NCBI GenBank assembly: GCA_001509335.1
Contig: LGGY01000124.1
Span: 1-32,791, forward strand
Source: Fidelibacterota bacterium 46_43
GTDB taxonomy: Bacteria; Fidelibacterota; Fidelibacteria; Fidelibacterales; Fidelibacteraceae
DNA length: 32,791 nucleotides
Direction: 5' to 3'
In this document: piece after piece, positions 1 through 9,367 of the stretch
Position numbering within the stretch: position 1 is the first letter of the stretch
How the letters are laid out: every line of letters starts with the position of its first letter
The notes under the pieces: generated by a model
Databases searched by the model: none
What the model saw: only the letters and a program-made list of their open reading frames with translations
Told to the model about the DNA's origin: nothing
Position numbers and translations under genes: made by a program

Positions 1-53
1 GACCAGACTCGTTCCGAATTTATGTAAACCCAGGATAAAGAGGGGACTTTCAT
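1..53 (-). CDS. 5' fragment of the next gene, probably another GT4 glycosyltransferase (runs off the window)
   Basis: ATG at 53 overlaps the upstream stop (ATGA), with AGGA just upstream. Reads MKVPSLSWVYINSERVW, resembling GT4 N-termini of the 'INxERxWxGGE' type. Only 17 codons visible. Confidence 0.5.
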   Translation of the reverse strand, partial: MKVPSLSWVYINSERVW

Positions 54-1129
54 ATATCCTTCGGTAAAAGACCTTTCTCAATAAAAATAGATTTTAAGGC
101 ATTTTTACGGACTTCCAGACTATATTTTTCTTTGAGTGTCCGGACACATTCCTCGCGTTTTTTGTGATTTCCGGAATAGAGCGACTGTATTTTGCGCCGA
201 CCCTCTTTCGAATCATCAAAATCCTCAATGATATAATCCGTATTATTGTTCACCATTTCAGGCAGGGCTCCGGCAGAAGAAACCAGGGGCAGGGCTCCGA
301 TGGCACAAGCCTCCGCCACACTCATGCCAAAGGATTCAAAACGGGAAAACTGGCAGTAAACCGATGTTTTTTTATAGTATTCTGCAAGGGTTTCATGCGA
401 CCGGGGGGTGAGGATTGTCAGATTTTCCGGTAGATTTGAGAGCCCATCCTTAAAGGACTGCTCCATTCCGATTATCATAAAGGGATACTCCGGATTCATC
501 CGGGCCATCTGAATAAAACGGTCAAACCCTTTTATAAAATACCGGCGACGGGTATTGCAATATCCCACTGTCAGAATCAGGTTCTTTTTCAGCATCAGTT
601 CTTCCAATTGAACATCCGGAAATACGATGGCATTATAGATGACATGGCCTGAATAAGCAGCTCTTTTTTTCGATTCAGCGGCGGCATAGTCCGAAACCGG
701 CAACACACAGTCAGCTTTTTGATACAAAAAACGGACGATTCGGGTGCGAAGGGGATTAGTAAACACACCATAATCATATTCCGGCAGCCAAGTTGTATCA
801 TATCCACCCAAAACCAGAAACACAGGTTTCCGGAAAAGGTGTCCCAGTATCGTGGGGATCAGGGCATGATAGTCGGCAAACCAAATAAACAAGGCCCGGC
901 TGCGATATATGGGAAGGGGCAATTGAAAAAGTTGCTTTATCATACTTGCCGCTGTTCTAAAACCGGCAGCCGATTTAAAACGGCAAACATGGACCGTAAA
1001 AAAATGTCGTAAAATGTCCACATCCTGAATTATAAAAAAACTTTCATGTTCATACCGTGGAGCAATAAAGCAAAGTGAAGGACTTTCTTTACTCTTTTCA
1101 GCCTGCCTGTGCGATCTATGAATGCCCAT
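50..1129 (-). CDS. GT4 family glycosyltransferase (GT-B fold)
   Basis: 359 aa; C-terminal 'SRFESFGMSVAEACAIG...GALPE' is the GT4 EX7E motif; 'VLPVS' and 'VIYNA' GT-B features. Confidence 0.9.
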   Translation of the reverse strand: MGIHRSHRQAEKSKESPSLCFIAPRYEHESFFIIQDVDILRHFFTVHVCRFKSAAGFRTAASMIKQLFQLPLPIYRSRALFIWFADYHALIPTILGHLFRKPVFLVLGGYDTTWLPEYDYGVFTNPLRTRIVRFLYQKADCVLPVSDYAAAESKKRAAYSGHVIYNAIVFPDVQLEELMLKKNLILTVGYCNTRRRYFIKGFDRFIQMARMNPEYPFMIIGMEQSFKDGLSNLPENLTILTPRSHETLAEYYKKTSVYCQFSRFESFGMSVAEACAIGALPLVSSAGALPEMVNNNTDYIIEDFDDSKEGRRKIQSLYSGNHKKREECVRTLKEKYSLEVRKNALKSIFIEKGLLPKDI

Positions 1130-1165
1130 AAGGGGAATTTACATGGCAGGAAAGAAAAAGTGCAG
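1130..1165 (-). promoter_or_regulatory. Candidate sigma70 promoter giving a leaderless GT4 mRNA
   Basis: TAAATT (1141-1136) lies 6 nt before the ATG at 1129; weak -35 (TGCACT/CTGCAC); no SD sequence. Confidence 0.4.
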
Positions 1166-1197
1166 TATTATTACCCGGCTTTATAGAGGAAAACCCT

Positions 1198-1959
1198 TTA
1201 GTATCGCTGGGTATCCAGCTGATCATAAAGTGTATGCCACAGCGCCATAAATTCCGGTGTTTCGGGCATACGGGGTTCAGGAAGGGGATTTTTTTTATAA
1301 TACTTAATTTTTGCCGGACTTAGAGAGAGGACCATCACTTTTGAACCTAAAAGAATGGCTTCCTGGACATTGTGGGTGATAAAAATGATGGTTGTTTGAA
1401 ATTTCCGCCAGAGGCTTTTCAATTCTTTTTGGAGGATGGACCGGGTTTGGGCATCCAGAGCGCCGAAGGGTTCATCCATCATCAGGACCTTGGGGTTCAG
1501 GGCCAAAGAGCGGGCAATCGCCACCCGTTGCCTCATGCCGCCGGAGAGTTGATTGGGATAGGCATGTTTGAAAGCCGAAAGGTGAACCAGGTCCAGAAAC
1601 TCTTCCGCCCGCCGTGTCAGCGTTTTGATGTCCCCCGATACCTTATTTAATTTTAAGGGATAGATGACATTTTCAATGACGGTTTTCCACGGGAACAGCT
1701 GGTTGAAATCCTGAAAAACCATAAGGCGGTCCGGGCCGATTCCGCTGATGGGTTTTCCGTCCAGGAGGATTTTTCCTGATGTAGGTTCTTCAATACTGCA
1801 AATACAGCGGATGAGGGTTGTTTTACCGCATCCCGATGGACCCAGAATGGTGAGAAAATCACCGGAATCTACGGAAAAGGAGAGTTTATCCAGCACCGTA
1901 AAGGATTTACCTTCGAGGGAATATTGTTTTACAAGATCCTGAACAAGCAGATTACTCAT
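1198..1959 (-). CDS. NitT/TauT (SsuB-like) ABC transporter ATP-binding protein
   Basis: Walker A GPSGCGKTT, Q-loop VFQ, signature LSGGMRQR, Walker B MMDEPFGALD, H-loop ITH. Start moved to ATG 1959, which forms a TGATG overlap with the permease stop. Confidence 0.95.
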   Translation of the reverse strand: MSNLLVQDLVKQYSLEGKSFTVLDKLSFSVDSGDFLTILGPSGCGKTTLIRCICSIEEPTSGKILLDGKPISGIGPDRLMVFQDFNQLFPWKTVIENVIYPLKLNKVSGDIKTLTRRAEEFLDLVHLSAFKHAYPNQLSGGMRQRVAIARSLALNPKVLMMDEPFGALDAQTRSILQKELKSLWRKFQTTIIFITHNVQEAILLGSKVMVLSLSPAKIKYYKKNPLPEPRMPETPEFMALWHTLYDQLDTQRY

Positions 1960-2750
1960 CAGGCACTCATTCCCCATTTCTTCACGGTTTTGTTTTCCAA
2001 TGTTTTCAAAAGGAACTCATCAACAAGCATACCGATAATAATCACTGAAATCAGTCCGGCAAAGACCGATTCGATATCCATGAAGTAACGGGTTTTATAG
2101 ATAAACCAACCGAGTCCGCCGACCACACCGGAGGCACCGAACACCATTTCGGCAGACACCAGGGCGCGCCAGCTCCGGGCCCACGCGATTTTGAGTCCGG
2201 ATAAGATGTAGGGAAAAGCATTGGGAATCATCACGGCCCATATCAGGCGAAATTCACTCATGCCGATGTTCCGTCCCAGTTCCAGTTGAATTTTCGGTAT
2301 CGCACGGAATCCTGCCAGGGAATTCACGATGAGGGGCCAAAGGATGGAATGAATAATGATGATAATGATGGCTTTGGCACCGAGTCCCACCAACAACATG
2401 ACTACCGGTAGCAGAGCGATACCCGGTAACGGATGCATAATAGATACAATCACATCCATGATCCGGGCAAAGGTTTTACTGATCATGCAGAAGGCTGTCA
2501 GGAAAAATGCCAGTATGATGCCCAGGCCGATACCGCTGAAAATCAGATAAAGGGAAAATTTAATGTGCTGAAGCAATTCGCCGGTTGTCAGATTTTGCCA
2601 CAGGGATTCCAGGACCCGGGAGAGGGGCGGAAAGAGTTTGTCCCGCCCTGTCCACACCGGAAGGTATTCCCAGAAGAAAAATAAAACAAAAATAAACAAA
2701 ACTTTTGTGATCACGGTAACTCGCCGTTCCCGTATTTCTGATTTCAGCAT
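1959..2750 (-). CDS. NitT/TauT (SsuC-like) ABC transporter permease
   Basis: Multiple TM segments; 'LFPPLSRV', EAA-like 'ELGRNIGMS', 'LVSAEMVF', 'GGLGWFI'. Start taken at MLKSE (2750) to avoid overlap with the binding-protein gene. Confidence 0.92.
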   Translation of the reverse strand: MLKSEIRERRVTVITKVLFIFVLFFFWEYLPVWTGRDKLFPPLSRVLESLWQNLTTGELLQHIKFSLYLIFSGIGLGIILAFFLTAFCMISKTFARIMDVIVSIMHPLPGIALLPVVMLLVGLGAKAIIIIIIHSILWPLIVNSLAGFRAIPKIQLELGRNIGMSEFRLIWAVMIPNAFPYILSGLKIAWARSWRALVSAEMVFGASGVVGGLGWFIYKTRYFMDIESVFAGLISVIIIGMLVDEFLLKTLENKTVKKWGMSA

Positions 2751-2767
2751 ACGTACAGACTCTTTTC

Positions 2768-3733
2768 TTAATCTGCCCAGGCCGGATCCAACGTTTCCCA
2801 AAGCAGGTCTTTTACATTCTCCGTATTGCGGTCAACATATCCCGCTTCATTCATAAAATCCAGAAATGTCAGCAAACCATGGGGATTTGTACTGAAACGG
2901 ACCCCTTCCCATGTGATGTATTTCATGTACGTTTCCCGGTCTAAATTTAATACCGGTGCTACATATTCTGCAGTCTTTTCGGGATTTTCATTTAACATAA
3001 TGATAGCCTCTTCCAGCGCCTTGTATACGGCGTTGAACAGCTCCGGATTTCGTTTTTTTAATTGACCGGTTGCAGCCGTAACCAAAAAGGTGAAATCACC
3101 GCCAAAAGCATCCCGGGCATTAACCACCTGATGAATATTATCCTGCTCCAGCTCCTTGAAAATATAGGGTGGCGATGTAAAATGGCCGTCAATTTCCACC
3201 TGGTTGATCAGGGCATTGACTCCGTCGGGATGGGCCATGGCAATAATATTCTGATCCAGAGCTTTGGGATTTCCCAGTTCCTTTGCCGCAGCCATGGAAA
3301 GAAGAATATGCTGGATGGAACCCGGCGACGGCAACGCAATTTTCATTCCCGGTTTGATATCTTTTAAGGTTTTAACATTTTCATGATATGTCTGAAGTCC
3401 CAAAGGCATCTCACACAAAGCAGAAATGATTTTGTAGTCATAGCCTTTGGCCCAGGCAATCAGATAGGGAGGAACACCCATACTGCCCACATCAATGTTG
3501 CCTCCGGCCATCCCCTCCCGGATGGCTCCTCCGGACCCCAGGCGCACCCACTCAACCTGTGCCTCGGGATAATATTTTTCTATCAGATTCAATTCCTGCA
3601 TTAAAATGACGGGGGCATACCCCAATCCAAACTGCTGGGCAACCACAACCCGGTTCTTATCCACACTCTTGCCACAGGAAAACAAAGATAAACCCAGCAA
3701 GAGCGTCAGTAATAATAATGCTGTTTTTTTCAT
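2768..3733 (-). CDS. NitT/TauT (SsuA/NMT1-like) ABC substrate-binding lipoprotein
   Basis: Lipobox LFSC; PBP2-type motifs 'QFGLGYAP', 'IALPSPGSIQH', 'GHFTSPPY'; GGGGGTG SD-like sequence upstream. Confidence 0.9.
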   Translation of the reverse strand: MKKTALLLLTLLLGLSLFSCGKSVDKNRVVVAQQFGLGYAPVILMQELNLIEKYYPEAQVEWVRLGSGGAIREGMAGGNIDVGSMGVPPYLIAWAKGYDYKIISALCEMPLGLQTYHENVKTLKDIKPGMKIALPSPGSIQHILLSMAAAKELGNPKALDQNIIAMAHPDGVNALINQVEIDGHFTSPPYIFKELEQDNIHQVVNARDAFGGDFTFLVTAATGQLKKRNPELFNAVYKALEEAIIMLNENPEKTAEYVAPVLNLDRETYMKYITWEGVRFSTNPHGLLTFLDFMNEAGYVDRNTENVKDLLWETLDPAWAD

Positions 3734-3745
3734 CCTGTCACCCCC

Positions 3746-4792
3746 CTATTTAAACGCATATTCAATGAAACATTCAATTTTGTTCCGGGCATATTTGGTG
3801 TCATTCGGATTCCCTTTCCACTGCCGGCGCCAGGTAGGACGGATTTTAACCGATCCGGCATCCGAATTATGCACCGTAATTTTATACTCCAACCAGCTAT
3901 AAAGGTGATTTGTTGTGTTGTCTCTACTGTCTGTCACCTGGCTGTAATCCAGAAATCCCCGAAAGATACCAGGGCCGGTTTTTCCCTTCATGCCAATGCG
4001 GCCAATCCAGCCGTCATAAAATTCTTCAAAGGTTAAAGCGGCTTCACCCCAAACAGAATATCCGGAAACCTTGCCCGATACAACCGCTCCGGCCGTCAGG
4101 GGATTGTAATTGCTTTTCTTTGTGCTCCATAAAACATGGGGGACAAACTCCAAAGAACCCAAATTCAGGGTATAATCAGCCCCAACTGTCATCCCGTCCC
4201 GATTGGTGATAGTTGAATCCCCATCCAGGTAGACCTCCAGATTGGTCCGGTTTTCATCCACGGAAAAATAAGCTCTGGCCTGTCCTCCCCCCAGTTTTTT
4301 ATTCACCCTGAAACCGGTGTAAGCATTGTTGTTGAAAATCAGGAATGGAATATCCACCACCCGGGTAGGATAATAATGAATATCCCAGATGGTGTTTCCT
4401 CCCTGGGGAATCCGTCCCAGTTCAAATCCTAAATCCCCCTTTTTACCAACATAAAGCTGAGTAAAATCAACAGCAGGCGATTGGGCGGACCCGTCAGACG
4501 ATGCAGAAGGAAGTCCCGAGCCATCACCCATCTTAGACCAGAACGCCAGGGAATTATGTGATAACTGAAGACTTGCAAAATACCCGTCTTTTAAATCAGC
4601 ATCCACATTCAGCCGTGTTCTGAACTGCAAATAGGCATCACCGGTCCGGCTGGTGATTTTCCCATCGGCATCTTTATACGTGATCAGATCAAAACGGGGC
4701 CGCATCCAGGTATCTCCACTCAGAGTGATTTCAGCACGGGTATAACCTGCCAGCATGATCCCTGCAAGTAAACACAGTAGCAATTTTTTCAT
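3746..4792 (-). CDS. Putative outer-membrane beta-barrel porin
   Basis: Sec signal peptide (...YTRA/EI), many amphipathic beta strands, aromatic C-terminal beta-signal 'IECFIEYAFK', strong AAGGAGG SD. Confidence 0.7.
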   Translation of the reverse strand: MKKLLLCLLAGIMLAGYTRAEITLSGDTWMRPRFDLITYKDADGKITSRTGDAYLQFRTRLNVDADLKDGYFASLQLSHNSLAFWSKMGDGSGLPSASSDGSAQSPAVDFTQLYVGKKGDLGFELGRIPQGGNTIWDIHYYPTRVVDIPFLIFNNNAYTGFRVNKKLGGGQARAYFSVDENRTNLEVYLDGDSTITNRDGMTVGADYTLNLGSLEFVPHVLWSTKKSNYNPLTAGAVVSGKVSGYSVWGEAALTFEEFYDGWIGRIGMKGKTGPGIFRGFLDYSQVTDSRDNTTNHLYSWLEYKITVHNSDAGSVKIRPTWRRQWKGNPNDTKYARNKIECFIEYAFK

Positions 4793-4816
4793 GAATAGCC
4801 TCCTTCTACTTCAATT

Positions 4817-4899
4817 TGAATGAGTATAGAGAGAATTAAAGGGGGATAAAATTCCAATTATTTAATGAGTGGGGGACAGATTATTTAATTTTTCGATAA
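4817..4899 (-). promoter_or_regulatory. Candidate promoter and LysR-type box for the porin-ABC operon
   Basis: TATACT -10 (4828-4823) with a poor -35; dyad TTAT-N11-ATAA (4881-4899) fits T-N11-A about 70 nt upstream, inside the 3' end of lysR. Confidence 0.3.
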
Positions 4900-5704
4900 G
4901 TACCCGGATCATATCCCCATAACGGGAGGATTCACTGGCTAAAAGCAGAATATTCCGGTGGATCTGATAGGTGTCTGAAATTACGATATAAGGATACCTG
5001 TCCTGGATGTCTTTCAGATAGGTTTCATTGATAAAGAGTCCCAAAGGTTCACGATTTATGAGGGCCAAGCGGTCTGCGGTAGCCCCCATTTCGGCAACAA
5101 TGTTCACATGATCAAACTGCTCCAGATAGTTCAGGACAACGGCATGAATCCCTGAATCCTTCTGATCGATCACCAGTGGAATTTCACGGATATCATGACT
5201 CAGGGATTGGTGGTAAACCAGAACAATCCGTTCATCTTTCAGGGGGATTACATCTATGTGCCTGGGGAGCTCCATATTCACCCCCCCGACAATCGCCACA
5301 TCCGCCTGATGATCAATGATATTCCGAATGGCTTCATCAGACCGGCAGGTATGAATACGGGGAAAAAGCCCTTTTTCCCGAAGAAATATATAAATAGGTT
5401 CAAGATAAAGATACGTGGCCACCGTGCTCAGATTAACGGTAAAGTCATTCATGCCTTCCAGCCGGGTTACCAGTTCGTCATGATCCCGGAGTATCCGTTC
5501 ACAATATTCGTAAAATACTTTTCCCTGGGGTGTAAAGTGATATTCACCGTCGTAAGTATACAGGGTTGTGTTCAGTTCATGCTGAAGTTTATTCAAACGA
5601 TAACTGATGGTTGGCTGGGATAAATATAAAAAACGGGATACTGCAGAAATATTACGCTGCATATAAAGCTGCTTAAAAATTTTCATATCCAGCAGATCCA
5701 TCAT
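4862..5704 (-). CDS. LysR family transcriptional regulator
   Basis: N-terminal HTH 'NISAVSRFLYLSQPTISYRLNKLQHEL...FTPQG'; 'ADVAIV' in the effector domain; 280 aa. Confidence 0.9.
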   Translation of the reverse strand: MMDLLDMKIFKQLYMQRNISAVSRFLYLSQPTISYRLNKLQHELNTTLYTYDGEYHFTPQGKVFYEYCERILRDHDELVTRLEGMNDFTVNLSTVATYLYLEPIYIFLREKGLFPRIHTCRSDEAIRNIIDHQADVAIVGGVNMELPRHIDVIPLKDERIVLVYHQSLSHDIREIPLVIDQKDSGIHAVVLNYLEQFDHVNIVAEMGATADRLALINREPLGLFINETYLKDIQDRYPYIVISDTYQIHRNILLLASESSRYGDMIRVLIEKLNNLSPTH

Positions 5705-5725
5705 GCGCTCCCGGTTTGGGCAGAC

Positions 5726-6775
5726 TTATTCCAAGTCTTCTGAATCATAAAACACCTGATCATAATACCGGACACTTTGACGTGTTGTCCGAAAATTTTT
5801 CTGCATCACGGCAAGGTCTTCATGAGATATAAGTCCAAGTTCGTGTTTTACCCCCGCCCAGGGGATATTAAAATTCTCCTGGTGGACAAAGGTAGAGACC
5901 CGTGGATTAATTTCCATGAGCTTGCCACCTTTAAACTGAATATTGATAAAGTAGTCATATTGGAGACGTCGGACAATATCCCGGGCATAATCCATATATT
6001 CCGGGGCATCCTGATTCCTGAAAAACATGGCCAGACCGGCTTTCATGGCCTCACGTGTTTTTGTAAAGCTCAACAAAACCTCTCCGTTTTGGCAATAACA
6101 ATCTACGGTTATCTCGATCCCCTCCAGAAATTCTGATACCAGCAGGTCAGGGAACCGTGGAGTTTGTCCCAGGATTTCTTCACATTCTTCAAGGGTAAAG
6201 GTGGTGTCTTCAATTCGTTTTTGCAACAGCATATTCAAGCGGTCGGTCCCGGCTTCCAGAATCCTGAAACCCCGTGAACCTTTACTCACAGCCGGTTTAA
6301 AACAGACGCGTTTATGAGGATAGCCCAGATCCAGGGCTGCTTTTCTGAAAGCTTCTACAGTGTTCACGGTCCGTGTTTCCGGCAGTGGGACCAGACTCTC
6401 TTCAAAAAAGGTATTCATGGCAGATTTACTGTTACATGGAATGGCCGATTCGGTTTTGGGGATCATGATGGGAAAACCTGCCTGACGAAAATCCTCCCGG
6501 AGGGGACTCAGGGGCATCACATCTGAGGAGCTTTGGGGCAGAATCAGATCCACTTTTTCTTTCCGGGCAATATGAAGGATTGTATCGGGATAGGCAGGAT
6601 CATTCCCGGCAGGGACAGGGTAAAAGGCATCACTGAAAAAGCGGCCGGCAGCGTGTGGATTCATATCCGTCCCGATGATTTCAACCGGTCTTTCTCCATG
6701 TTCTTTCAGCGCCCGGATCATGGTTACGCCTCCGGGACAACCGACTGTTGTAAGCAAAATACGGATTGGTTTCAT
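5726..6775 (-). CDS. ATP-grasp ligase of the carbamoyl-phosphate-synthase-like type found in polysaccharide loci
   Basis: 'KPAVSKGSRG', 'VSEFLEGIEITVD', 'NIQF...MEINPR' ATP-grasp motifs; N-terminal 'ILLTTVG...GTD' Rossmann-like domain. Confidence 0.85.
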   Translation of the reverse strand: MKPIRILLTTVGCPGGVTMIRALKEHGERPVEIIGTDMNPHAAGRFFSDAFYPVPAGNDPAYPDTILHIARKEKVDLILPQSSSDVMPLSPLREDFRQAGFPIMIPKTESAIPCNSKSAMNTFFEESLVPLPETRTVNTVEAFRKAALDLGYPHKRVCFKPAVSKGSRGFRILEAGTDRLNMLLQKRIEDTTFTLEECEEILGQTPRFPDLLVSEFLEGIEITVDCYCQNGEVLLSFTKTREAMKAGLAMFFRNQDAPEYMDYARDIVRRLQYDYFINIQFKGGKLMEINPRVSTFVHQENFNIPWAGVKHELGLISHEDLAVMQKNFRTTRQSVRYYDQVFYDSEDLE

Positions 6776-6785
6776 GGCTTTCCTA

Positions 6786-7418
6786 TCAGATTATATACCG
6801 GATGACTTCAAAACATTCGGCATAGTCACACCCGATTTGCACACCCCGTGTGGTGGCAAGGCTCATAATGAATTCTTTGGAAGCATACTTGCGCATTTTC
6901 TGGGAATTGTATGCATCCAAAGCATATATTTTCTTTTCAATATGCCGTTTTTCCAGCCGGATGAAGGAACGTGTTTCGAAATTGATATGATTCCACGGGA
7001 TTTCATAGGCCAGAATGGTCGTTTGTTTGAAAGCCCTTTGCCCTTCCATGGCCACTGTGTTGTGATCCTGGTGTAAGTCATGAGGAGATGGCATAAAAAC
7101 AAGATCCGGGTCCAGATCCTGTTTTAGGCGAATCATTTCTTCCAGTAAATCCTGGCGGACATAGTTGAGTTTCCGCACGGTAAACCCGTAAATGAGAAGA
7201 TTTTCCGGTTTTATACCCAGGCGTTTTGTGGCTTCTTTTACTTCAATTTCCAGAATATTTTCCGGCATACCCGGGGGAACCGATTCCTTGGCAGTTGAAA
7301 AAGCGGCATAATATACATCTGCCCCGTCTTCCAGAAATTTTACTATACTTCCCCCGCATCCAAATTCACCGTCATCCGTATGGGGGGCCAGGATCAATAT
7401 GCGTTTTGCTGTCTTCAT
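6786..7418 (-). CDS. PIG-L/LmbE family N-deacetylase
   Basis: Zinc motifs 'APHTDD..GCGG' and 'DLHQDH'; C-terminal 'YAECF'. Start at ATG 7418 with GAGGA SD. Confidence 0.9.
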   Translation of the reverse strand: MKTAKRILILAPHTDDGEFGCGGSIVKFLEDGADVYYAAFSTAKESVPPGMPENILEIEVKEATKRLGIKPENLLIYGFTVRKLNYVRQDLLEEMIRLKQDLDPDLVFMPSPHDLHQDHNTVAMEGQRAFKQTTILAYEIPWNHINFETRSFIRLEKRHIEKKIYALDAYNSQKMRKYASKEFIMSLATTRGVQIGCDYAECFEVIRYII

Positions 7419-7426
7419 GATTTTCC

Positions 7427-9367
7427 TCAATTCATGTAGGATTCCAAATCAAAATGACGCTCTGCAAAAGCATCACTCTCGATAAACATCTTTTGCCATA
7501 CTGCCAATCCCATGATCACCCATAGAAAATTATAATGCCAACGGAGACGGGGATTGGGTGGCGCATCCAGTATTTTGCGAATGTATTCGTAATTAAACAA
7601 GCCCTGCTTTTCTATAAAGTTTCGGGTTAAAACTTTTTCGCAGACATCCTTCAGGTCTTTTTTGAACTGGAGATAGGGATTGACTGTAAACCCCCATTTC
7701 TTTTTTTGAGTGATTTTTTCCGGCAAATAGGGTTCCATGGCTTTCCGGAATAGATCTTTGGTCCGGTTTCCCTTCATTTTCAATCCGGCCGGAACAGAAA
7801 ATCCAAACTGCACCAAATCAAGGTCCAGAAAAGGGACTCTCTCTTCCACGGAATGGCTCATACTCATCCGGTCTTCCACCAGTAGGTAGTCATTAACCAT
7901 CTTGGTATGAAATTCTGTAAAAAGCACCTGGTCCAGTGCGGACATGTGAAGAACCTTATGGAAAAAGGGATCAAAGGCCTTGTGGACCTTTAAAGATTCT
8001 GCTCTCATGAGTTGAGCTATGTCCCGGTGATAAATCCGGTCATACATGGGATTATCATAGTCCCACACATTCCTCAGAATCAGATAATATTTTTCTATTT
8101 GTCCCAGTGCCAGAAGCATCTGGATGCCCCGCCGGTACTCATCCAGCCGTAAAATTCCGGTGTTTTGTTCCATGCTGAAGAGAATCCGGGATTTTATATC
8201 TCCGATTTTTTTCATCCCTCGTGGGATCCGGTGATGAAGGTGGTTCAGGGGATAGATAAAGCGGTGGATATCATAGCCTGCCAGCAGCTCATCTCCACCG
8301 AGTCCGCCAAGAACCACCGATACATGGGGTTTGACAAAGGCAGACATATTAAAGCCCTGAAGGAGGTTGATTTTCGGTTCCTCGGCATGCCATAAAACTT
8401 CCGGAAACATTTTCAGGGGTTCCATGCTCAGACTTAGGGTATGATGATCTGTTTTGAAGTGGCGGGCAACCCGTTCCGCATCAGGAAATTCATCGGTGGG
8501 TTCGTTAAAACCGAGGGTGAATGTCTTGATATCCGGAACACCCAGTTCAGACATCTTCTGGACGATGACCGATGAGTCCATGCCGCCGCTTAAGTACACC
8601 CCCAGAGGGACATCGGAAATCAGCTGGCGTTTTACAGCCTGCCGGAGGTGCTCATGAAGCCGGTCTGTCGCTTCTTTTTCACTCACATCGTCCCGGATTT
8701 CCGGTGTTAATTCCCAGTATCTATGTATGCTGATTTGTTTGTTACGATATACAAGATAATGTGCCGGTGGAAGACGGTAAATTCCTTGAAAAAGGGTCTG
8801 GTCATTTTGCGTGTAGCGGAGATTCAGATGGATATGAAGAGACTGAAGGTTTAATTCCCGGGTTATGGAGGGATGTAGGAGCAGGGGTTTCTGCTCCGAA
8901 GCAAAGGCAAAAAGACCGTTCTGATGAGTATAGTGAAGGGGTTTGATGCCAAAATGATCTCGTACCAGGATAAGTGAATCTTGTCTTTGATCCAGGATGG
9001 CAAAGGCAAAAATACCGTTCAGACGACTGAAGAAGTCTGTCCCCCAACTTTCATACCCATGGACCAGGACTTCAGTATCCGATTCTGTGTAAAAATGATG
9101 TCCCAGAGCTTTCAGCTCTTCACGGATCACTTTGTAGTTGTAGATTTCACCGTTATAGATGACGGCAATGGAGTGATCTTCATTAAAAATTGGCTGGTCC
9201 CCGGTTTTTAGGTCAATAATGGCCAGACGCCGGTGCCCCAGGGTCACGTTGCCATGCCTGTATATTGATTCGGCATCAGGACCCCTGTGACGGATCAGGT
9301 CCAGCATCTGCTGAAAGCGTTTAGGAGGGGTCCCTCCCGCTTCAATGGTCCCCAGAATGCCACACAT
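7427..9367 (-). CDS. asnB: Asparagine synthase (glutamine-hydrolysing)-like amidotransferase, probably glycan-amidating (WbpS/LtsA type)
   Basis: Ntn N-terminus MCGI, 'HRGPD', 'GHRRLAIID', 'NGEIYN', 'SDTE', 'LSGGMDSS', 'GGDEL', 'RVPFLD'. Glycan role inferred from neighbours. Confidence 0.9.
   Translation of the reverse strand: MCGILGTIEAGGTPPKRFQQMLDLIRHRGPDAESIYRHGNVTLGHRRLAIIDLKTGDQPIFNEDHSIAVIYNGEIYNYKVIREELKALGHHFYTESDTEVLVHGYESWGTDFFSRLNGIFAFAILDQRQDSLILVRDHFGIKPLHYTHQNGLFAFASEQKPLLLHPSITRELNLQSLHIHLNLRYTQNDQTLFQGIYRLPPAHYLVYRNKQISIHRYWELTPEIRDDVSEKEATDRLHEHLRQAVKRQLISDVPLGVYLSGGMDSSVIVQKMSELGVPDIKTFTLGFNEPTDEFPDAERVARHFKTDHHTLSLSMEPLKMFPEVLWHAEEPKINLLQGFNMSAFVKPHVSVVLGGLGGDELLAGYDIHRFIYPLNHLHHRIPRGMKKIGDIKSRILFSMEQNTGILRLDEYRRGIQMLLALGQIEKYYLILRNVWDYDNPMYDRIYHRDIAQLMRAESLKVHKAFDPFFHKVLHMSALDQVLFTEFHTKMVNDYLLVEDRMSMSHSVEERVPFLDLDLVQFGFSVPAGLKMKGNRTKDLFRKAMEPYLPEKITQKKKWGFTVNPYLQFKKDLKDVCEKVLTRNFIEKQGLFNYEYIRKILDAPPNPRLRWHYNFLWVIMGLAVWQKMFIESDAFAERHFDLESYMN

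Noticed and set aside
4793-4861. Riboswitch upstream of the NMT1/SsuA-like transport operon
   Set aside because: The gap is only about 69 nt and AT-rich, with no TPP, SAM or other aptamer consensus visible.
1130-5725. Mobile-element boundaries around the LysR-ABC cassette
   Set aside because: No convincing direct or inverted repeats at the flanks, and no transposase or integrase.
5726-6775. ATP-grasp as carB or pyrrolysine pylC
   Set aside because: Single 349-aa domain with no carA or pyl genes; sugar-modification context.
7427-9367. AsnB-like enzyme as a lasso-peptide cyclase, with the ATP-grasp as a RiPP ligase and the 63-aa ORF as precursor
   Set aside because: The glutaminase Cys2 is intact, there is no B protein/RRE or peptidase, the neighbours are glycosyltransferases, and the small ORF is separated by a terminator.
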